From Aquifex aeolicus VF5 (lineage in GTDB: Bacteria; Aquificota; Aquificia; Aquificales; Aquificaceae), in NCBI RefSeq assembly GCF_000008625.1, contig NC_000918.1, positions 450,001-482,000 on the forward strand: DNA of 32,000 nucleotides, read 5' to 3'. Below, piece after piece: positions 15,627-27,271 of this stretch. A program made the translations under genes and the position numbers. The notes below the pieces were generated by a model. The model did no database searches, had not been told where the DNA came from, and saw only the letters and a program-made list of their open reading frames with translations. The first letter of the stretch is position 1. Each line of letters starts with the position of its first letter.

Positions 15627-18407
15627 ATGGACAGAATCGTAATCAGAGGAGCTCGGCAACACAACCTAAAGAACATAGACGTTGAAATACCGAAAAACAA
15701 GTTAGTGGTCATAACGGGACCTTCTGGTTCGGGTAAGTCTTCTCTTGCTTTTGATACACTCTACGCGGAAGGACAGAGGAGGTACGTGGAAAGTCTTTCC
15801 GCATACGCGAGGCAGTTCCTCGGAGTTATGGAAAAACCCGAGGTTGACTCTATAGAAGGATTATCCCCTGCCATAGCGATAGACCAAAAAACAACTTCCA
15901 AAAACCCCCGTTCAACGGTGGGAACCGTAACCGAGATTTACGACTACCTGAGGGTTCTGTGGGCAAATGTAGGAAAGCCCCACTGTCCCCACTGCGGAAA
16001 TCTGCTTTCGGGACTGTCCGCCCATGAGATACTTGACAGGATAGTGGAAAAGTACAAGGGAAAAAGGGTAATGATTCTCTCCCCTATAGTCAGGGGAAAG
16101 AAGGGAGAGTTCAGGGAACTGCTGAGGCAGATTGAAAAGTGGGGTTACTCCCGCGTAAAGGTGGATGGAGAGCTCAGGAGGGTAATAGAGGTCCCGCCCC
16201 TTGAGAAGAACAAAAAACACACAATAGAACTTGTTATAGACAGACTGACGGTTAGCGAAGAAGAAAGAGCGAGACTCCTTGAGGACGTAGAAAAAGCCCT
16301 GGAGTTTTCGAGCGGACTTGTGAAGATTGAAGAGGTGGAGAGCGGAAAGGAAGAACTCTTTAGTGAAAAGCTCGTTTGTCCGGAGCACGGCTTTTCAATA
16401 CCTGAACTCTCCGCAAGACTCTTTTCCTTCAACTCACCCTACGGAGCTTGTCCTTCCTGTAAAGGGCTCGGTGTGAAGTGGGAAATAGACCCCGCGGTTT
16501 TAATAGACCCTGAAAAACCTGCAGTAAAAGCTGTAAAGATAGTAGAGAGCGGTTACTTTAATTACCTGAGGTTCCCGATCGCAAATGTAATAAGGAAGCT
16601 TGGCTACGACCCCAGAACTCCGTGGAAGAAGCTTCCCGAAAGCGTAAGGGCTACAGTTCTCTACGGGAGTGAAAGCCTGAACTTTGAAGGGATAATTCCT
16701 CACCTTGAAAGGAGATTTTTAGAGGAAGAAAGCGAAAGGATAAGGGAGGAGATAGAGGACTACATAGTGGAAAAACCCTGTCCCGAATGCAAGGGAGCGA
16801 GGCTCAGGAAGGAAGCTCTCGCGGTGCTCATAGACGGAAAGAGCATATGGGACGTTGTAAACATGCCTGTGGGAAAGGCGAAAGAGTTTTTTGAAGAGCT
16901 ATACGAAAAGCTTGAAGGTAAGGAGAAGATAATCGCTGACAGACTCCTGAAGGAGATTATTGAGAGACTGGGATTTCTCGTGAACGTGGGACTTGATTAC
17001 CTTTCCCTTTCTAGAAGTGCCACCACTCTTTCGGGCGGTGAGATGCAGAGAATTAGGCTTGCCACACAGCTTGGTTCAAAACTCACGGGGGTACTATACG
17101 TTTTAGACGAGCCTTCAATAGGACTCCATCCGAGGGACACGAGTAAGCTTATAAACACATTAAAAGGTTTAAGGGACCTCGGAAACACGGTTGTGGTCGT
17201 GGAGCACGACCCCGAGACGATAGAGTCTGCGGACCACGTAATAGAGTTGGGTCCCGGAGCTGGAAAACACGGGGGTTATCTCGTCGCTCAGGGCACCGTT
17301 GAAGAAATAAAGTCCCACCCCTCTTCCTTGACGGGGGCCTATCTTAGCGGAAGGAAAGAGATCCCTGTTCCGAAGGAGAGGAGAAAACCGAGCGGAAAGT
17401 TCATAAGGATCGTCAGAGCCAAAGAGCACAATCTCAAAAACATAAACGTTGATATACCCTTAGGTTTATTTGTGTGCATTACAGGTGTTTCGGGAAGCGG
17501 AAAGTCCACGCTTATATACGACATTCTCTACAAGTACGCGAAGAATTACTTTTACGGAACTCACGAGCAGGTGGGAGAGGTAGAAAAGATAGAGGGACTG
17601 GAAAACATAGACAAGGTTATAAACATAGACCAGTCTCCCATAGGAAGGACACCCAGGAGCAACCCCGCCACTTACACGAAAGTCTTTGACCTTATAAGAA
17701 ACCTCTTTGCCCAGACGCCGGAAGCAAAGGCAAGGGGCTATAAACCCGGCAGGTTTTCCTTCAACGTCAAGGGTGGAAGGTGTGAAGCCTGTCAGGGAGA
17801 AGGAGTCATAAAGGTTGAGATGCACTTCTTACCTCCCGTTTACGTGACCTGTGAAGTTTGTAAAGGAAAACGCTACAACAGGGAAACTCTTGAGATAACC
17901 TACAAAGGCAAGAATATAGCGGACGTCCTTGAAATGACCGTGGACGAAGCGTACGATTTCTTTGAAAATCACCCCGCAATCAGGAGAAAACTCCAAATTT
18001 TAAAGGACGTGGGGCTGGGATACATAAAGCTCGGGCAACCCGCTCCCACGCTCTCGGGCGGTGAAGCACAGAGGATAAAACTCGCGAGGGAACTCTCCAA
18101 AAAGGAAACCGGAAGAACCCTTTACCTCCTCGACGAACCCACAACGGGACTACATATGGACGACGTTAAGAAACTCATAGACGTCCTTCAAAGGCTCGTT
18201 GATAAAGGAAACACGGTAGTCGTAATAGAACACAACCTTGACGTTATAAAGTGTGCTGACTGGATTATAGACCTCGGTCCCGAAGGCGGTGAGAGAGGCG
18301 GTCAGGTTGTAGCCGTTGGAACTCCCGAGGAGGTAGCTCAAAATCCAAACTCATACACGGGCAAGTACCTGAGAAAGTACCTGAAAAAGGAAACCCTAAA
18401 GGTTTAG
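15627..18407 (+). CDS. uvrA: Excinuclease ABC subunit A
   Basis: Two ABC ATPase modules (GPSGSGKSS and GVSGSGKST Walker A; LSGGEMQR and LSGGEAQR signatures) and Zn modules ([26 protein letters not shown]...CEVCKG). 926 aa. Confidence 0.97.
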   Translation: MDRIVIRGARQHNLKNIDVEIPKNKLVVITGPSGSGKSSLAFDTLYAEGQRRYVESLSAYARQFLGVMEKPEVDSIEGLSPAIAIDQKTTSKNPRSTVGTVTEIYDYLRVLWANVGKPHCPHCGNLLSGLSAHEILDRIVEKYKGKRVMILSPIVRGKKGEFRELLRQIEKWGYSRVKVDGELRRVIEVPPLEKNKKHTIELVIDRLTVSEEERARLLEDVEKALEFSSGLVKIEEVESGKEELFSEKLVCPEHGFSIPELSARLFSFNSPYGACPSCKGLGVKWEIDPAVLIDPEKPAVKAVKIVESGYFNYLRFPIANVIRKLGYDPRTPWKKLPESVRATVLYGSESLNFEGIIPHLERRFLEEESERIREEIEDYIVEKPCPECKGARLRKEALAVLIDGKSIWDVVNMPVGKAKEFFEELYEKLEGKEKIIADRLLKEIIERLGFLVNVGLDYLSLSRSATTLSGGEMQRIRLATQLGSKLTGVLYVLDEPSIGLHPRDTSKLINTLKGLRDLGNTVVVVEHDPETIESADHVIELGPGAGKHGGYLVAQGTVEEIKSHPSSLTGAYLSGRKEIPVPKERRKPSGKFIRIVRAKEHNLKNINVDIPLGLFVCITGVSGSGKSTLIYDILYKYAKNYFYGTHEQVGEVEKIEGLENIDKVINIDQSPIGRTPRSNPATYTKVFDLIRNLFAQTPEAKARGYKPGRFSFNVKGGRCEACQGEGVIKVEMHFLPPVYVTCEVCKGKRYNRETLEITYKGKNIADVLEMTVDEAYDFFENHPAIRRKLQILKDVGLGYIKLGQPAPTLSGGEAQRIKLARELSKKETGRTLYLLDEPTTGLHMDDVKKLIDVLQRLVDKGNTVVVIEHNLDVIKCADWIIDLGPEGGERGGQVVAVGTPEEVAQNPNSYTGKYLRKYLKKETLKV

Positions 18408-19414
18408 TAAGCAATGTGGTCGGGGTTTTTCTTCGCCTCGTAGAGTTTTTTATCTACTTCCTTTAATATCTCTTCCGGGGAATTGAAGTTTTCGTTGACT
18501 TCCAGAATTCCAAAACTCGCAGAAACTTTTAATTCCTTATCTTCACAGTAAAAGGTATGGTTTTGTATGACCGTTTTTAAGCGTCTTGCGATGTTTACAG
18601 CATCTTCCAGTTTTACACCGGGAAGTATTATTAGAAACTCATCTCCTCCGTACCTTCCGATGGCATCTTTTGCCCTCAAATACTTCCTGAGGATTTCGCC
18701 TATTCCCTTGAGTATGCAGTCTCCCACGAGGTGCCCGTACTCGTCGTTAATTTCCTTAAAGTTATTTAAATCCATCATTATTACGGAGAAGGGGTATCCG
18801 TAGTTTTTATAATCCTTGAAGTAATCCTCCAGAGCTTTCTGAATAGAACGCCTGTTTTTTAATCCGGTGAGGTAATCTATAAAAGCCTGTTTCTTTAAAG
18901 CGTCAAGTTCTTTTTTGAGTCTTTCTGTTTCCTTTTGTTTTTCTTGAAGCTTTGCTATTAACTCTTGATTGACTTTCCTCAGTTCGGAAACCTCTTTCAA
19001 AATATCCTTTAAAATGCTAATTTCTTCCTGCCTTGAGTAATCTTCCAAGGTTTTTTCGTGCTTTTCTATCTTTTTATCGTACTTTTCAACCGTCTCCAGA
19101 TACTCGTAAACCGTGTGTCTAACTTCAGTAAGAATTCTTTCTATCTCGTTAGAAAGCCTCAGGTCTATTTTAGCTTCTTTGAAAATCTTGTAGTATATGT
19201 CTATTATTTGCTCCGTAGTTGCCTCTATGTTATTTTCAACGATGTAGCAAAATACGAAAAACCACTTCGCGTAGTTCCGGGGAACGGGGACTATGTTATG
19301 CTCAACAAAGAAGTTAAACATACGCTTTATTACTTCCTTCAGGTTTCTTTTATCTACTTCGTTTAATTCTTCCCCTTCCCTTATTTTCTCATGGATCCTG
19401 CACTTGAATTCCAT
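18404..19414 (-). CDS. Diguanylate cyclase (GGDEF domain) with uncharacterised N-terminal and coiled-coil region
   Basis: C-terminal [10 protein letters not shown] ... RYGGDEF, with an RAKD (RxxD I-site) five residues upstream of GGDEF. The N-terminal ~170 aa has no motif I recognise. Confidence 0.85.
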   Translation of the reverse strand: MEFKCRIHEKIREGEELNEVDKRNLKEVIKRMFNFFVEHNIVPVPRNYAKWFFVFCYIVENNIEATTEQIIDIYYKIFKEAKIDLRLSNEIERILTEVRHTVYEYLETVEKYDKKIEKHEKTLEDYSRQEEISILKDILKEVSELRKVNQELIAKLQEKQKETERLKKELDALKKQAFIDYLTGLKNRRSIQKALEDYFKDYKNYGYPFSVIMMDLNNFKEINDEYGHLVGDCILKGIGEILRKYLRAKDAIGRYGGDEFLIILPGVKLEDAVNIARRLKTVIQNHTFYCEDKELKVSASFGILEVNENFNSPEEILKEVDKKLYEAKKNPDHIAY

Positions 19415-19426
19415 TAGGAGTAAATT

Positions 19427-20764
19427 TTAGCAAACTTTAACTAACCCTTCCGGCACAAGGTTATTTTCCTTTATCCACTTTTCCATAGTCTCGAGTGCCC
19501 TTTTAGCCATTAATTCCTTTCTCTTCTTCTTATCCCTTACCTTCTTTTCCAGAGGGGGAAGGAGTCCGAATACGGGGTTCATGGGCTGGAGTTCTCCTTC
19601 TTTTGTTACTATGTAATTGACGAGAGCACCGAGCATAGTTTCTGTTGGAGCTTTTAAGGGTTTTTCTCCTCTCGCGAGTCTTCCCGCATTTATGCCTGCC
19701 AGTATTCCCGTGGCGGAAGAGGCGACGTAACCTTCCACTCCCGTTATCTGTCCCGCGAAGAAGATATTTTCCTTCTTCTTCAGGTTCAGGTAATGGGTGA
19801 GGACCTTGTTTGACTGGATAAAAGTGTTCCTGTGCATGGAACCTAGTCTCACGAACACCGCGTTCCTGAGGCAGGGAATGAGTCTAAAGACTCTCTTTTG
19901 TTCCTTGTAAGTCAGTTTTGTTTGAAATCCCACGAGGGAGAGTAGTGTCCCTTCCTTGTTTTCCTTCCTCAGCTGAACCACCGCAAAGGGTTCTTTACCG
20001 GTTCTCGGGTCTACGAGCCCCACGGGTTTCATAGGTCCGAAGAGAAGGGTTTTGTATCCCCTTTCCGCCATTTCTTCTATCGGAAGGCAACCCTCAAAGT
20101 GAACGGCCTTTTCAAAATCCTTCGGCTTAACCTTTTCGGCTTTTAGGAGTTCCTCGTAAAATTTCTTATACTCCTCTTCCGTAAGGACGCAGTTGAAGTA
20201 ATCGTCTCCACCTTTTCCGTACCTCGAGCCCCAGAAACCCTTGCTAAAGTCCACGCTTTCCGCTTCAACTATCGGAGCTATTGCGTCGTAAAAGTAGAGG
20301 GTATCGTACCCAACTAGTTCCTTTATTTTTTCAGAAAGTGCGTCCGAGGTAAGGGGTCCCGTCGCTATAACGACAACCTCATCCTCCGGAATTTCCTTTA
20401 CCTCTTCCCTGATAAGGGTTATGTTGGGGTGGCTTTCTATCTTTTCGGTTATGTATTCGGAAAATATCTTTCTGTCAACTCCAAGTGCTCCGCCCGCGGG
20501 CACCCTTGCTACCTTTGCCGCCTCAATCACTAAAGAGCCGAGCTTCTGCATTTCCGCCTTCAAAAGCCCGGCTCCAGTTGTTAATTCCAGTCCTCCGAGC
20601 GTATTACTGCAAACGAGTTCCGCCAGATTTCCCGTTTTGTGAGCGGGAGTCATCTTCTTGGGTCTCATTTCGTAGAGTATTACCCTGTGTCCTTCGTTTG
20701 CGAGTCTCCACGCTGCTTCTGAGCCAGCAAGCCCTCCTCCGATTACTATAACCTTTTCCTTCAT
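19427..20764 (-). CDS. trmFO: Methylenetetrahydrofolate--tRNA-(uracil54-C5)-methyltransferase TrmFO (Gid)
   Basis: FAD-binding VIVIGGGLAGSEAAW, then ELVCSNT and FAGQITGVEGYVAS blocks typical of TrmFO/GidA-small proteins. 445 aa. Confidence 0.9.
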   Translation of the reverse strand: MKEKVIVIGGGLAGSEAAWRLANEGHRVILYEMRPKKMTPAHKTGNLAELVCSNTLGGLELTTGAGLLKAEMQKLGSLVIEAAKVARVPAGGALGVDRKIFSEYITEKIESHPNITLIREEVKEIPEDEVVVIATGPLTSDALSEKIKELVGYDTLYFYDAIAPIVEAESVDFSKGFWGSRYGKGGDDYFNCVLTEEEYKKFYEELLKAEKVKPKDFEKAVHFEGCLPIEEMAERGYKTLLFGPMKPVGLVDPRTGKEPFAVVQLRKENKEGTLLSLVGFQTKLTYKEQKRVFRLIPCLRNAVFVRLGSMHRNTFIQSNKVLTHYLNLKKKENIFFAGQITGVEGYVASSATGILAGINAGRLARGEKPLKAPTETMLGALVNYIVTKEGELQPMNPVFGLLPPLEKKVRDKKKRKELMAKRALETMEKWIKENNLVPEGLVKVC

Positions 20765-20781
20765 TGCTTTTATGAATTTAA

Positions 20782-21501
<720 letters not shown>

Positions 21502-21526
21502 AAAAAGGAAAGCTCCTCGCAGGGGC
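21502..21526 (-). terminator. Weak candidate intrinsic terminator after the porin gene
   Basis: On the minus strand, GCCCC-UGCGA-GGAGC forms a 5-bp stem with one G-U (21526-21512), followed by UUUCCUUUUUU (21511-21501). It begins 12 nt after the porin stop. The stem is short for a hyperthermophile. Confidence 0.3.
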
Positions 21527-21538
21527 AAAAAGGAACTG

Positions 21539-22783
21539 TCAGAAGTAAAACTGCATCTGTATCTGGTGAACCGTTTGGTCCTTTTCGTCTTTTTCTTTGT
21601 TATCTATAAACAGGACGTTGTAGCCCCACTTAATCTTATGACCTTTTATGTAGTGGTTGAAACCGAGGGTGATTATGTCTTTCTTGTGTTTAGTAACGTC
21701 GTTCTTTTTATCTTCCTGCTTGAAGTGTTCGTACCTCGCTGCGGGTTCAAACTTTCCGTAAGGAGTGGGTATCAGGTATCCTGCCTGAATGTAGTAACCT
21801 TTTTCTTCAAGGTCTAACTTATCGTACTTCATCTTCACGTATTCCGCCTGAGCGACGAGTGCACCTGGTCCCAAGTGGAACCTTCCGAATATATCTCCGC
21901 CCCAGACAGTTGCTTCTTCATTCTTTATGTTTTTATCCGTTATATCAAAATCGCTGTTCTTAGCGTAATTGAGTCCTACGCTGATCACGTCTCCTTTGTT
22001 CTTTTCACCTATACCAGTGTCGTCCTTTTTCTTTTCTACGAATCCCGGAGGAGAGAACTCAAGTCTTATGGCGTAAGCGTCACCGAGGGAAGTATCCGCT
22101 TTTACTGTTCCTCCTGTCTTGTTTTTACTTTCTATGGTTGAACCGTCCCATATTGAGAGCATGTACCTGAATATTCCGCCTGCAACCTTTCCGTGGAACA
22201 TTATTTGGTTGGAGTCGTAATCTCCGAGCCACTTCTTGGCGTCTTCCGTAACGTAGGGTCTCTCTATCAGGAGCTGTCTTGAGGAAGAAGTTAGGGAAAC
22301 TCTTGAGTAGGGTATCTTATTCTTACCTATCCTTACCGCAAACTCGTCAACAAAGGTCCAGTCTGCATAAGCGTACTTAACTTTTGGATCAAAGGAATGG
22401 TGTTCCTTTTCTCCTTTCTTGTAATCGTAGTCCCTTTCTCCTTTGTCCGAGTGTAAGGTAAAGTTTATCTTTAGTTTCTTACCGAAGGGTATATTCTTCC
22501 ATTCTTTGGAAATTTCAAGTCTTACCCTTCTGAAGTAAAAGTCACTCCTGCTCTTGTAGTCGTTGTTTTCCTTGTAAATATCACCGAAATCAATTCTGGG
22601 CTGGAGCCTGATTTTTACCTTCAAGTGAGGGTGTTTCTTAGCAACTTTTTTCACTTCCTTTGCTTCTTCTTTGGTAATTACCCCCTTTTCTTCTAGTTTT
22701 TTCAGAAGGACGTCCAAGGGATCACTTTCTGCAAAGCTAACAACCGGCAGAATGGCAGAAGCAAGCATAAGTCTTTTCAACAT
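21539..22783 (-). CDS. Outer-membrane beta-barrel porin (phosphate-selective porin O/P-like)
   Basis: Signal peptide MLKRLMLASAILPVVSFA, an N-terminal K/E-rich helix, alternating amphipathic strands rich in Y/G/D, and a C-terminal aromatic QMQFYF. SD AAGGAGGTG upstream. Confidence 0.6.
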   Translation of the reverse strand: MLKRLMLASAILPVVSFAESDPLDVLLKKLEEKGVITKEEAKEVKKVAKKHPHLKVKIRLQPRIDFGDIYKENNDYKSRSDFYFRRVRLEISKEWKNIPFGKKLKINFTLHSDKGERDYDYKKGEKEHHSFDPKVKYAYADWTFVDEFAVRIGKNKIPYSRVSLTSSSRQLLIERPYVTEDAKKWLGDYDSNQIMFHGKVAGGIFRYMLSIWDGSTIESKNKTGGTVKADTSLGDAYAIRLEFSPPGFVEKKKDDTGIGEKNKGDVISVGLNYAKNSDFDITDKNIKNEEATVWGGDIFGRFHLGPGALVAQAEYVKMKYDKLDLEEKGYYIQAGYLIPTPYGKFEPAARYEHFKQEDKKNDVTKHKKDIITLGFNHYIKGHKIKWGYNVLFIDNKEKDEKDQTVHQIQMQFYF

Positions 22784-22893
22784 TTTCCACCTCCTTATCG
22801 ATCAATCATTTGTTGAGGGAGTTTAAATGAATTTTGTTAAGATTTTTTTTAGAAAAAATTAAAAAATTGTTAAGAGGAGAAAAAAGGAAGGAA

Positions 22894-25800
22894 TTAATCC
22901 GCCATCAGGTCTCTTTTTATCATCTCAGGAGTGGGACAGGCTTCTGGAGGCATCCTCTTTATTTTGGAAGCATAGTACATGACGGGAATGAGAACGAGGG
23001 TGAGGGTCGTAGAACCTATGGTTCCGAAGATAAGGGATATAGCAAGTCCGTTGAATATCGGGTCAAAGATTATAACGAAAGCACCGATTATAACAGCAGC
23101 TGCTGTAAGGAGTATGGGTCTGGTTCTTATGACTCCCGCTTCCACTACGGCAACGTGAACGGGGAGTCCTTCTTTTAACCTCTGCTCCGCAAAGTCAACG
23201 AGGAGAATAGAGTTTCTCACTATGATACCGCCGAGGGCGATAAAACCTATCATAGAAGTTGCGGTGAAGAAGACGTTACCCATTATCTTGTCCATGAGCC
23301 AGTGTCCGGGGATTATTCCCACCAGCGTCAGGGGTATGGGGGCAAGGATAATTCCGGGTATCCTGAAGTCTTTGAACCATCCCAGGACGAGGACGTACAT
23401 AACGAATACCGCAACCGCGAAGGCGAGTCCGAGGTCTCTGAACACTTCAAGGGTTATGTGCATTTCCCCGTCCCACTTCACGTAAACCCTGTCCTCAAGG
23501 ACGGGCAGGGACATCCAGAGTTCTCCCACTTCTCCGTAAGGGTTTTCTATATTGAGGATTTTATCCCTGACGTCCAGTATTCCGTAAATGGGTGCCTCTT
23601 CCCTTCCAGCAACGTCACCGATAACGTATATAACCCTTCTGAGGTTCTTGTGGTAAATAGTTTCGGGAATGGGACCTTCTTTAATTTCCACGAGTTCTGA
23701 AAGCGGGATAAGCTTTCCTTCCCTGTTGGGTATCTTTACATTTTTAAGTAGCTCAGGAACCCTGTACTTTTCGTCGAGTCTTATTATTATGGGAACGTGT
23801 TCCGTGTCGGTAGTTTGCATTATGCCCGCCTGCCATCCGCCTATGAGAGCTTTGAGCGTGTAAACGACTTCCTGCTTTGTGAGTCCTGCAAGTTTTACCT
23901 TGTCCTCTTTAACCTCGAACCTTATCATGGGAGCGGGGTATTCAAGGTAAATTCCCTCATCGGTTATGGCGGGTGAGTCTTTGAATATCTTGAGAACCCT
24001 CCATGCGAATTCTCTCTGAACTTTCATGTCAGGGGCGTAAACTTCCGCGACTATCGGGGAGAGAACAGGAGGTCCGGGCGGGACTTCTACCACAGCTACG
24101 TACTTAGCACCGTACTTGCTGGCTATTTCATGAACTTTCGGTCTTATAAGTTTTGCAAATTCGTGGGACTGTAAATCCCTGTCATGCTTTCCTACGAGGT
24201 TTACCTGAATTTCTGCAAGGTTTGAAGCCTGCCTGAGGTAGTAGTGTCTCACTAGTCCGTTAAAGGTAAAGGGTGCAGCGGTTCCCGCGTATATCTGGTA
24301 ATCCGTGACTATAGAATACCTTCCCACGTAATCCGCGATTTCCTTTGCGACTTTTAAGGTGTCTTCGAGTGTCGTTCCTTCGGGCATGTCAAGGACTATC
24401 TCTAGTTCGGATTTGTTGTCGTAAGGGAGCATCTTAACGAGAACAGTTTTTGTAAAGAGCAGTCCCACGGAACCGCCCATGAGGGCGAGGACGAATAGGT
24501 AGAAGGCATACCTCTTTAACTTGCTCGCAAGAAGCGGATACATTATGTGACAGTAAAGCTTCCAGAAAAGCGTTTTCCTTATGTTTATCTCTTCGTGTTC
24601 CCTTTCTTTCTTGAGGATGTGGTAAGCCGCCCAGGGTGTTACGATAAACGCAACTAAAAGCGAGAAGAACATTGCGACCGAAGCGTTGATGGGTATGGGT
24701 CTCATGTAGGGACCCATCATTCCAGTGACAAAAGCCATGGGCATCAGAGCGGCTATAACGGTGAAGGTTGCGAGGATTGTGGGGTTTCCTACCTCGTCCG
24801 TTGCGTGGACTATGGCGTCTCTGGGGGGCAGTTTTTGCATTTCAAACCATCTGTGTATGTTCTCAACGACGACTATCGCGTCGTCAACGAGTATACCGAT
24901 GGAGAATATAAGTGCGAAAAGCGTAACCCTGTTGAGGGTAAATCCGTACATTTCGTTTAAAAAGAGTGCTATGGAGAGTGTAACGGGAACCGCCAGACCG
25001 ACTACTATCGCTTCCCTCACTCCTAACGAGACCGCAATCAGGAGAACAACGGAGAAGGTAGCTATAAAGAGGTGTTCGAGAAGTTCCAACGCCTTTTCCT
25101 GTGCGGTCTCACCGTAGTTCCTCGTCACGGTTATGTTCACGTCCGAGGGGATTACCTTTCCTTTTAAGCTTTCAACGAACTCAATAACCTGCTCCGCAAC
25201 AACTACCGCGTTAGTTCCCTTTCTCTTCGCCACCGCTATCGTGACGGCGGGATAAAGCTCTCCCGGTTTTCCTTCTATGCCCTTGTACTCGTGAGCTTCA
25301 CCGATTCCGAAAAAGACGTAATCCTTTATCTCGGAGGGACCGTCCACAATCTTCGCTACGTCCTTTAAGAATATGACCCTTCCGTTCCTAACACCTACAA
25401 CTACGTTTTCAACGTCTCTGACTGATTTGAAAAATGGACCCGTCTTTACAAGGTATTCCATATTCCCCTTGTTTATCTTTCCGCTTATAGCCTGAGCGTT
25501 TGCGCTCCTTAAAAGTTGGTCTATGTAAAGGGGAGATATTCCGTAGGCTGCCATTTTGGCAGGGTCGAGAATTATCCTTATCTGCCTCGGTCTTCCGCCG
25601 ATAAGGTAAACATTTGCAACGTTTTCAATCTTCTTTATCTCGTTCTGGAGCGTAGCCGCGAGTCTTCTTAACTCGTACCAGTCGTAATTCTCACCCCAGA
25701 GTGTTAGCGTAAGGATTGGAACGTCGTCTATTGACATGAGCCTGACTACAGGGGGAAGGATTACTCCGGGAGGTGCCTTGTCCAGCGCGGACATCATCTT

Positions 25801-26142
25801 GGAGTTGAGGTCAACGAGTGCCTTTACGGGGTCCGTTCCCACGTAGAACCTTGCAGTCACTATTCCCATATCGTTTGTGGAAGCTGAATATATGTACTCT
25901 ATGTCTTTTAGTTCCCAGAGAATCTTTTCCAAGGGAAAGACTACCCTCGCTTCAACTTCCTCGGGAGTTGCCCCAGGGTAAGGGATAAATATATCTATCA
26001 TCGGAACTACTATCTGGGGCTCTTCTTCCCTCGGTGTAGTTAAAACCGCAAACAGTCCTAAAGCGAGAGAAACGAGTATGAGTATGGGAGTGAGTTTAGA
26101 GTCTATAAAGAAGTTTGCGAGTCTTCCTGCCAATCCGTACAT
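22894..26142 (-). CDS. RND efflux transporter inner-membrane permease (AcrB-like, HAE-type TM4 motif)
   Basis: 1082 aa with 12-TM RND topology and two large periplasmic loops. The TM4 motif GILVDDAIVVVENIHR resembles AcrB LLVDDAIVVVENVER. Confidence 0.9.
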   Translation of the reverse strand: MYGLAGRLANFFIDSKLTPILILVSLALGLFAVLTTPREEEPQIVVPMIDIFIPYPGATPEEVEARVVFPLEKILWELKDIEYIYSASTNDMGIVTARFYVGTDPVKALVDLNSKMMSALDKAPPGVILPPVVRLMSIDDVPILTLTLWGENYDWYELRRLAATLQNEIKKIENVANVYLIGGRPRQIRIILDPAKMAAYGISPLYIDQLLRSANAQAISGKINKGNMEYLVKTGPFFKSVRDVENVVVGVRNGRVIFLKDVAKIVDGPSEIKDYVFFGIGEAHEYKGIEGKPGELYPAVTIAVAKRKGTNAVVVAEQVIEFVESLKGKVIPSDVNITVTRNYGETAQEKALELLEHLFIATFSVVLLIAVSLGVREAIVVGLAVPVTLSIALFLNEMYGFTLNRVTLFALIFSIGILVDDAIVVVENIHRWFEMQKLPPRDAIVHATDEVGNPTILATFTVIAALMPMAFVTGMMGPYMRPIPINASVAMFFSLLVAFIVTPWAAYHILKKEREHEEINIRKTLFWKLYCHIMYPLLASKLKRYAFYLFVLALMGGSVGLLFTKTVLVKMLPYDNKSELEIVLDMPEGTTLEDTLKVAKEIADYVGRYSIVTDYQIYAGTAAPFTFNGLVRHYYLRQASNLAEIQVNLVGKHDRDLQSHEFAKLIRPKVHEIASKYGAKYVAVVEVPPGPPVLSPIVAEVYAPDMKVQREFAWRVLKIFKDSPAITDEGIYLEYPAPMIRFEVKEDKVKLAGLTKQEVVYTLKALIGGWQAGIMQTTDTEHVPIIIRLDEKYRVPELLKNVKIPNREGKLIPLSELVEIKEGPIPETIYHKNLRRVIYVIGDVAGREEAPIYGILDVRDKILNIENPYGEVGELWMSLPVLEDRVYVKWDGEMHITLEVFRDLGLAFAVAVFVMYVLVLGWFKDFRIPGIILAPIPLTLVGIIPGHWLMDKIMGNVFFTATSMIGFIALGGIIVRNSILLVDFAEQRLKEGLPVHVAVVEAGVIRTRPILLTAAAVIIGAFVIIFDPIFNGLAISLIFGTIGSTTLTLVLIPVMYYASKIKRMPPEACPTPEMIKRDLMAD

Positions 26143-26146
26143 CGGA

Positions 26147-27271
26147 TTAACCTCCTACCCTGCAACCTTCACAGGCCCTTTCTATACCCTCAACCACAAT
26201 CCTTTCTCCGGGAGAAAGACCTGCAAGGACCTCGTAGTAATTGCCTAACTTCCTTCCGAGTCTGATAAGCCTGAGCTGAAGTGTGCCGTCGGGTTTTACG
26301 ACCCATACTCCCGTAAAGTCCCACCTCTTGTAAATCGCCTTTTCAGGTATGAGAACCGTGGGTTCTTCTATTTTCTCAAGTTTGAAAACCTTTACAAAGA
26401 GTCCGCTCTTTACGTTGTTGTCGTCTATTAAAGCCTTTACCTTAAAGGTTCTGCTCACGGGATCCACCGCGGGCTCCACTTCGACTACTTTTGCAGGGAA
26501 CACCCTTCCGAGCTTTTCAACGTAGACTTCCAGCGTGTCTCCTATATTTATCTCTCCGAAGTATTTCTCGGGGAAACTGACTTCTACCTTGTAGGGTCTC
26601 GTTTCAAGTACTGCAAGGGGCATACCGGGGTTTGCTATGTCTCCCCTGTCTACCATTTTCTGTATTACGTAACCGTCAAAGGGAGCTTTTACTTCCGCAT
26701 AAGAAAGCTGAGCCTTTGCGGAGTTATAAGCTTCCCTAGCTACCCTGATTTCGGCTTTTGCCGCCTGGAGTTTTGCCTTTGCAGCGAGGTACTGTGCTTC
26801 TACTTGATCAAATTCATGTTGAGTTATCGCACCTTCTTTTAGGAGTTTCTTAAACCTCTCGTATGTCTTCTTTACGGCCTCGTAGTGTGCCTTTGCGGCT
26901 TCGTAATTCTTTTGAGCTTGAGCAATTCTTTGCTTCATTATGTTTATCTGAGCCTTTACGTCTCTTGGGTCTATAACAAATAGAGTTTGACCTTTTTTGA
27001 CGAAATCTCCCTCTTTTACCTTTACGTCAACCACGTATCCCATAACTCTCGTTGATATCTCCGCCCTGTCTCCCGCTACTATCGTTCCTGGGTATTCCAC
27101 GGGCACTTCCTTTACTACTTTGACGGGCTCCACTACCAGACCGCTTACGGTCTTGGTTTCTCTCTTTACCTCCTCCGCGTGTATCTTGGGGTGGAACACT
27201 CCTGCGAGCCACATTATTATGAGCACTATCGGTATAACTAGAAAGACCATGTACTTAATTAAGGTCTTCAT
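26147..27271 (-). CDS. RND efflux periplasmic adaptor (membrane fusion protein, HlyD/AcrA family)
   Basis: N-terminal TM anchor, lipoyl-like half motifs (GDFVKKGQTLFVIDP ... APFDGYV), and a long alanine/lysine coiled-coil hairpin. Its ATG overlaps the TolC-like stop (ATGA at 27268-27271). Confidence 0.9.
   Translation of the reverse strand: MKTLIKYMVFLVIPIVLIIMWLAGVFHPKIHAEEVKRETKTVSGLVVEPVKVVKEVPVEYPGTIVAGDRAEISTRVMGYVVDVKVKEGDFVKKGQTLFVIDPRDVKAQINIMKQRIAQAQKNYEAAKAHYEAVKKTYERFKKLLKEGAITQHEFDQVEAQYLAAKAKLQAAKAEIRVAREAYNSAKAQLSYAEVKAPFDGYVIQKMVDRGDIANPGMPLAVLETRPYKVEVSFPEKYFGEINIGDTLEVYVEKLGRVFPAKVVEVEPAVDPVSRTFKVKALIDDNNVKSGLFVKVFKLEKIEEPTVLIPEKAIYKRWDFTGVWVVKPDGTLQLRLIRLGRKLGNYYEVLAGLSPGERIVVEGIERACEGCRVGG

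Noticed and set aside
22784-22893. Small RNA or intrinsic terminator in the 110-bp A/T-rich spacer (T8 run at 22843-22850; TCATTT...AAATGA pairing at 22806-22830).
   Set aside because: The only stem is 6 bp, all A-U/G-U-poor, with a 13-nt loop. That is implausible at hyperthermophilic growth temperatures. There is no GC-rich hairpin preceding the T-run on either strand.
22834-23178. 114-aa plus-strand ORF starting in the RND-porin spacer and running antisense into the RND gene.
   Set aside because: It has a TTG start and no SD. The product is low-complexity (K/E/G/S/Y-rich), and most of its length is antisense to the RND C-terminus. No support as a gene.
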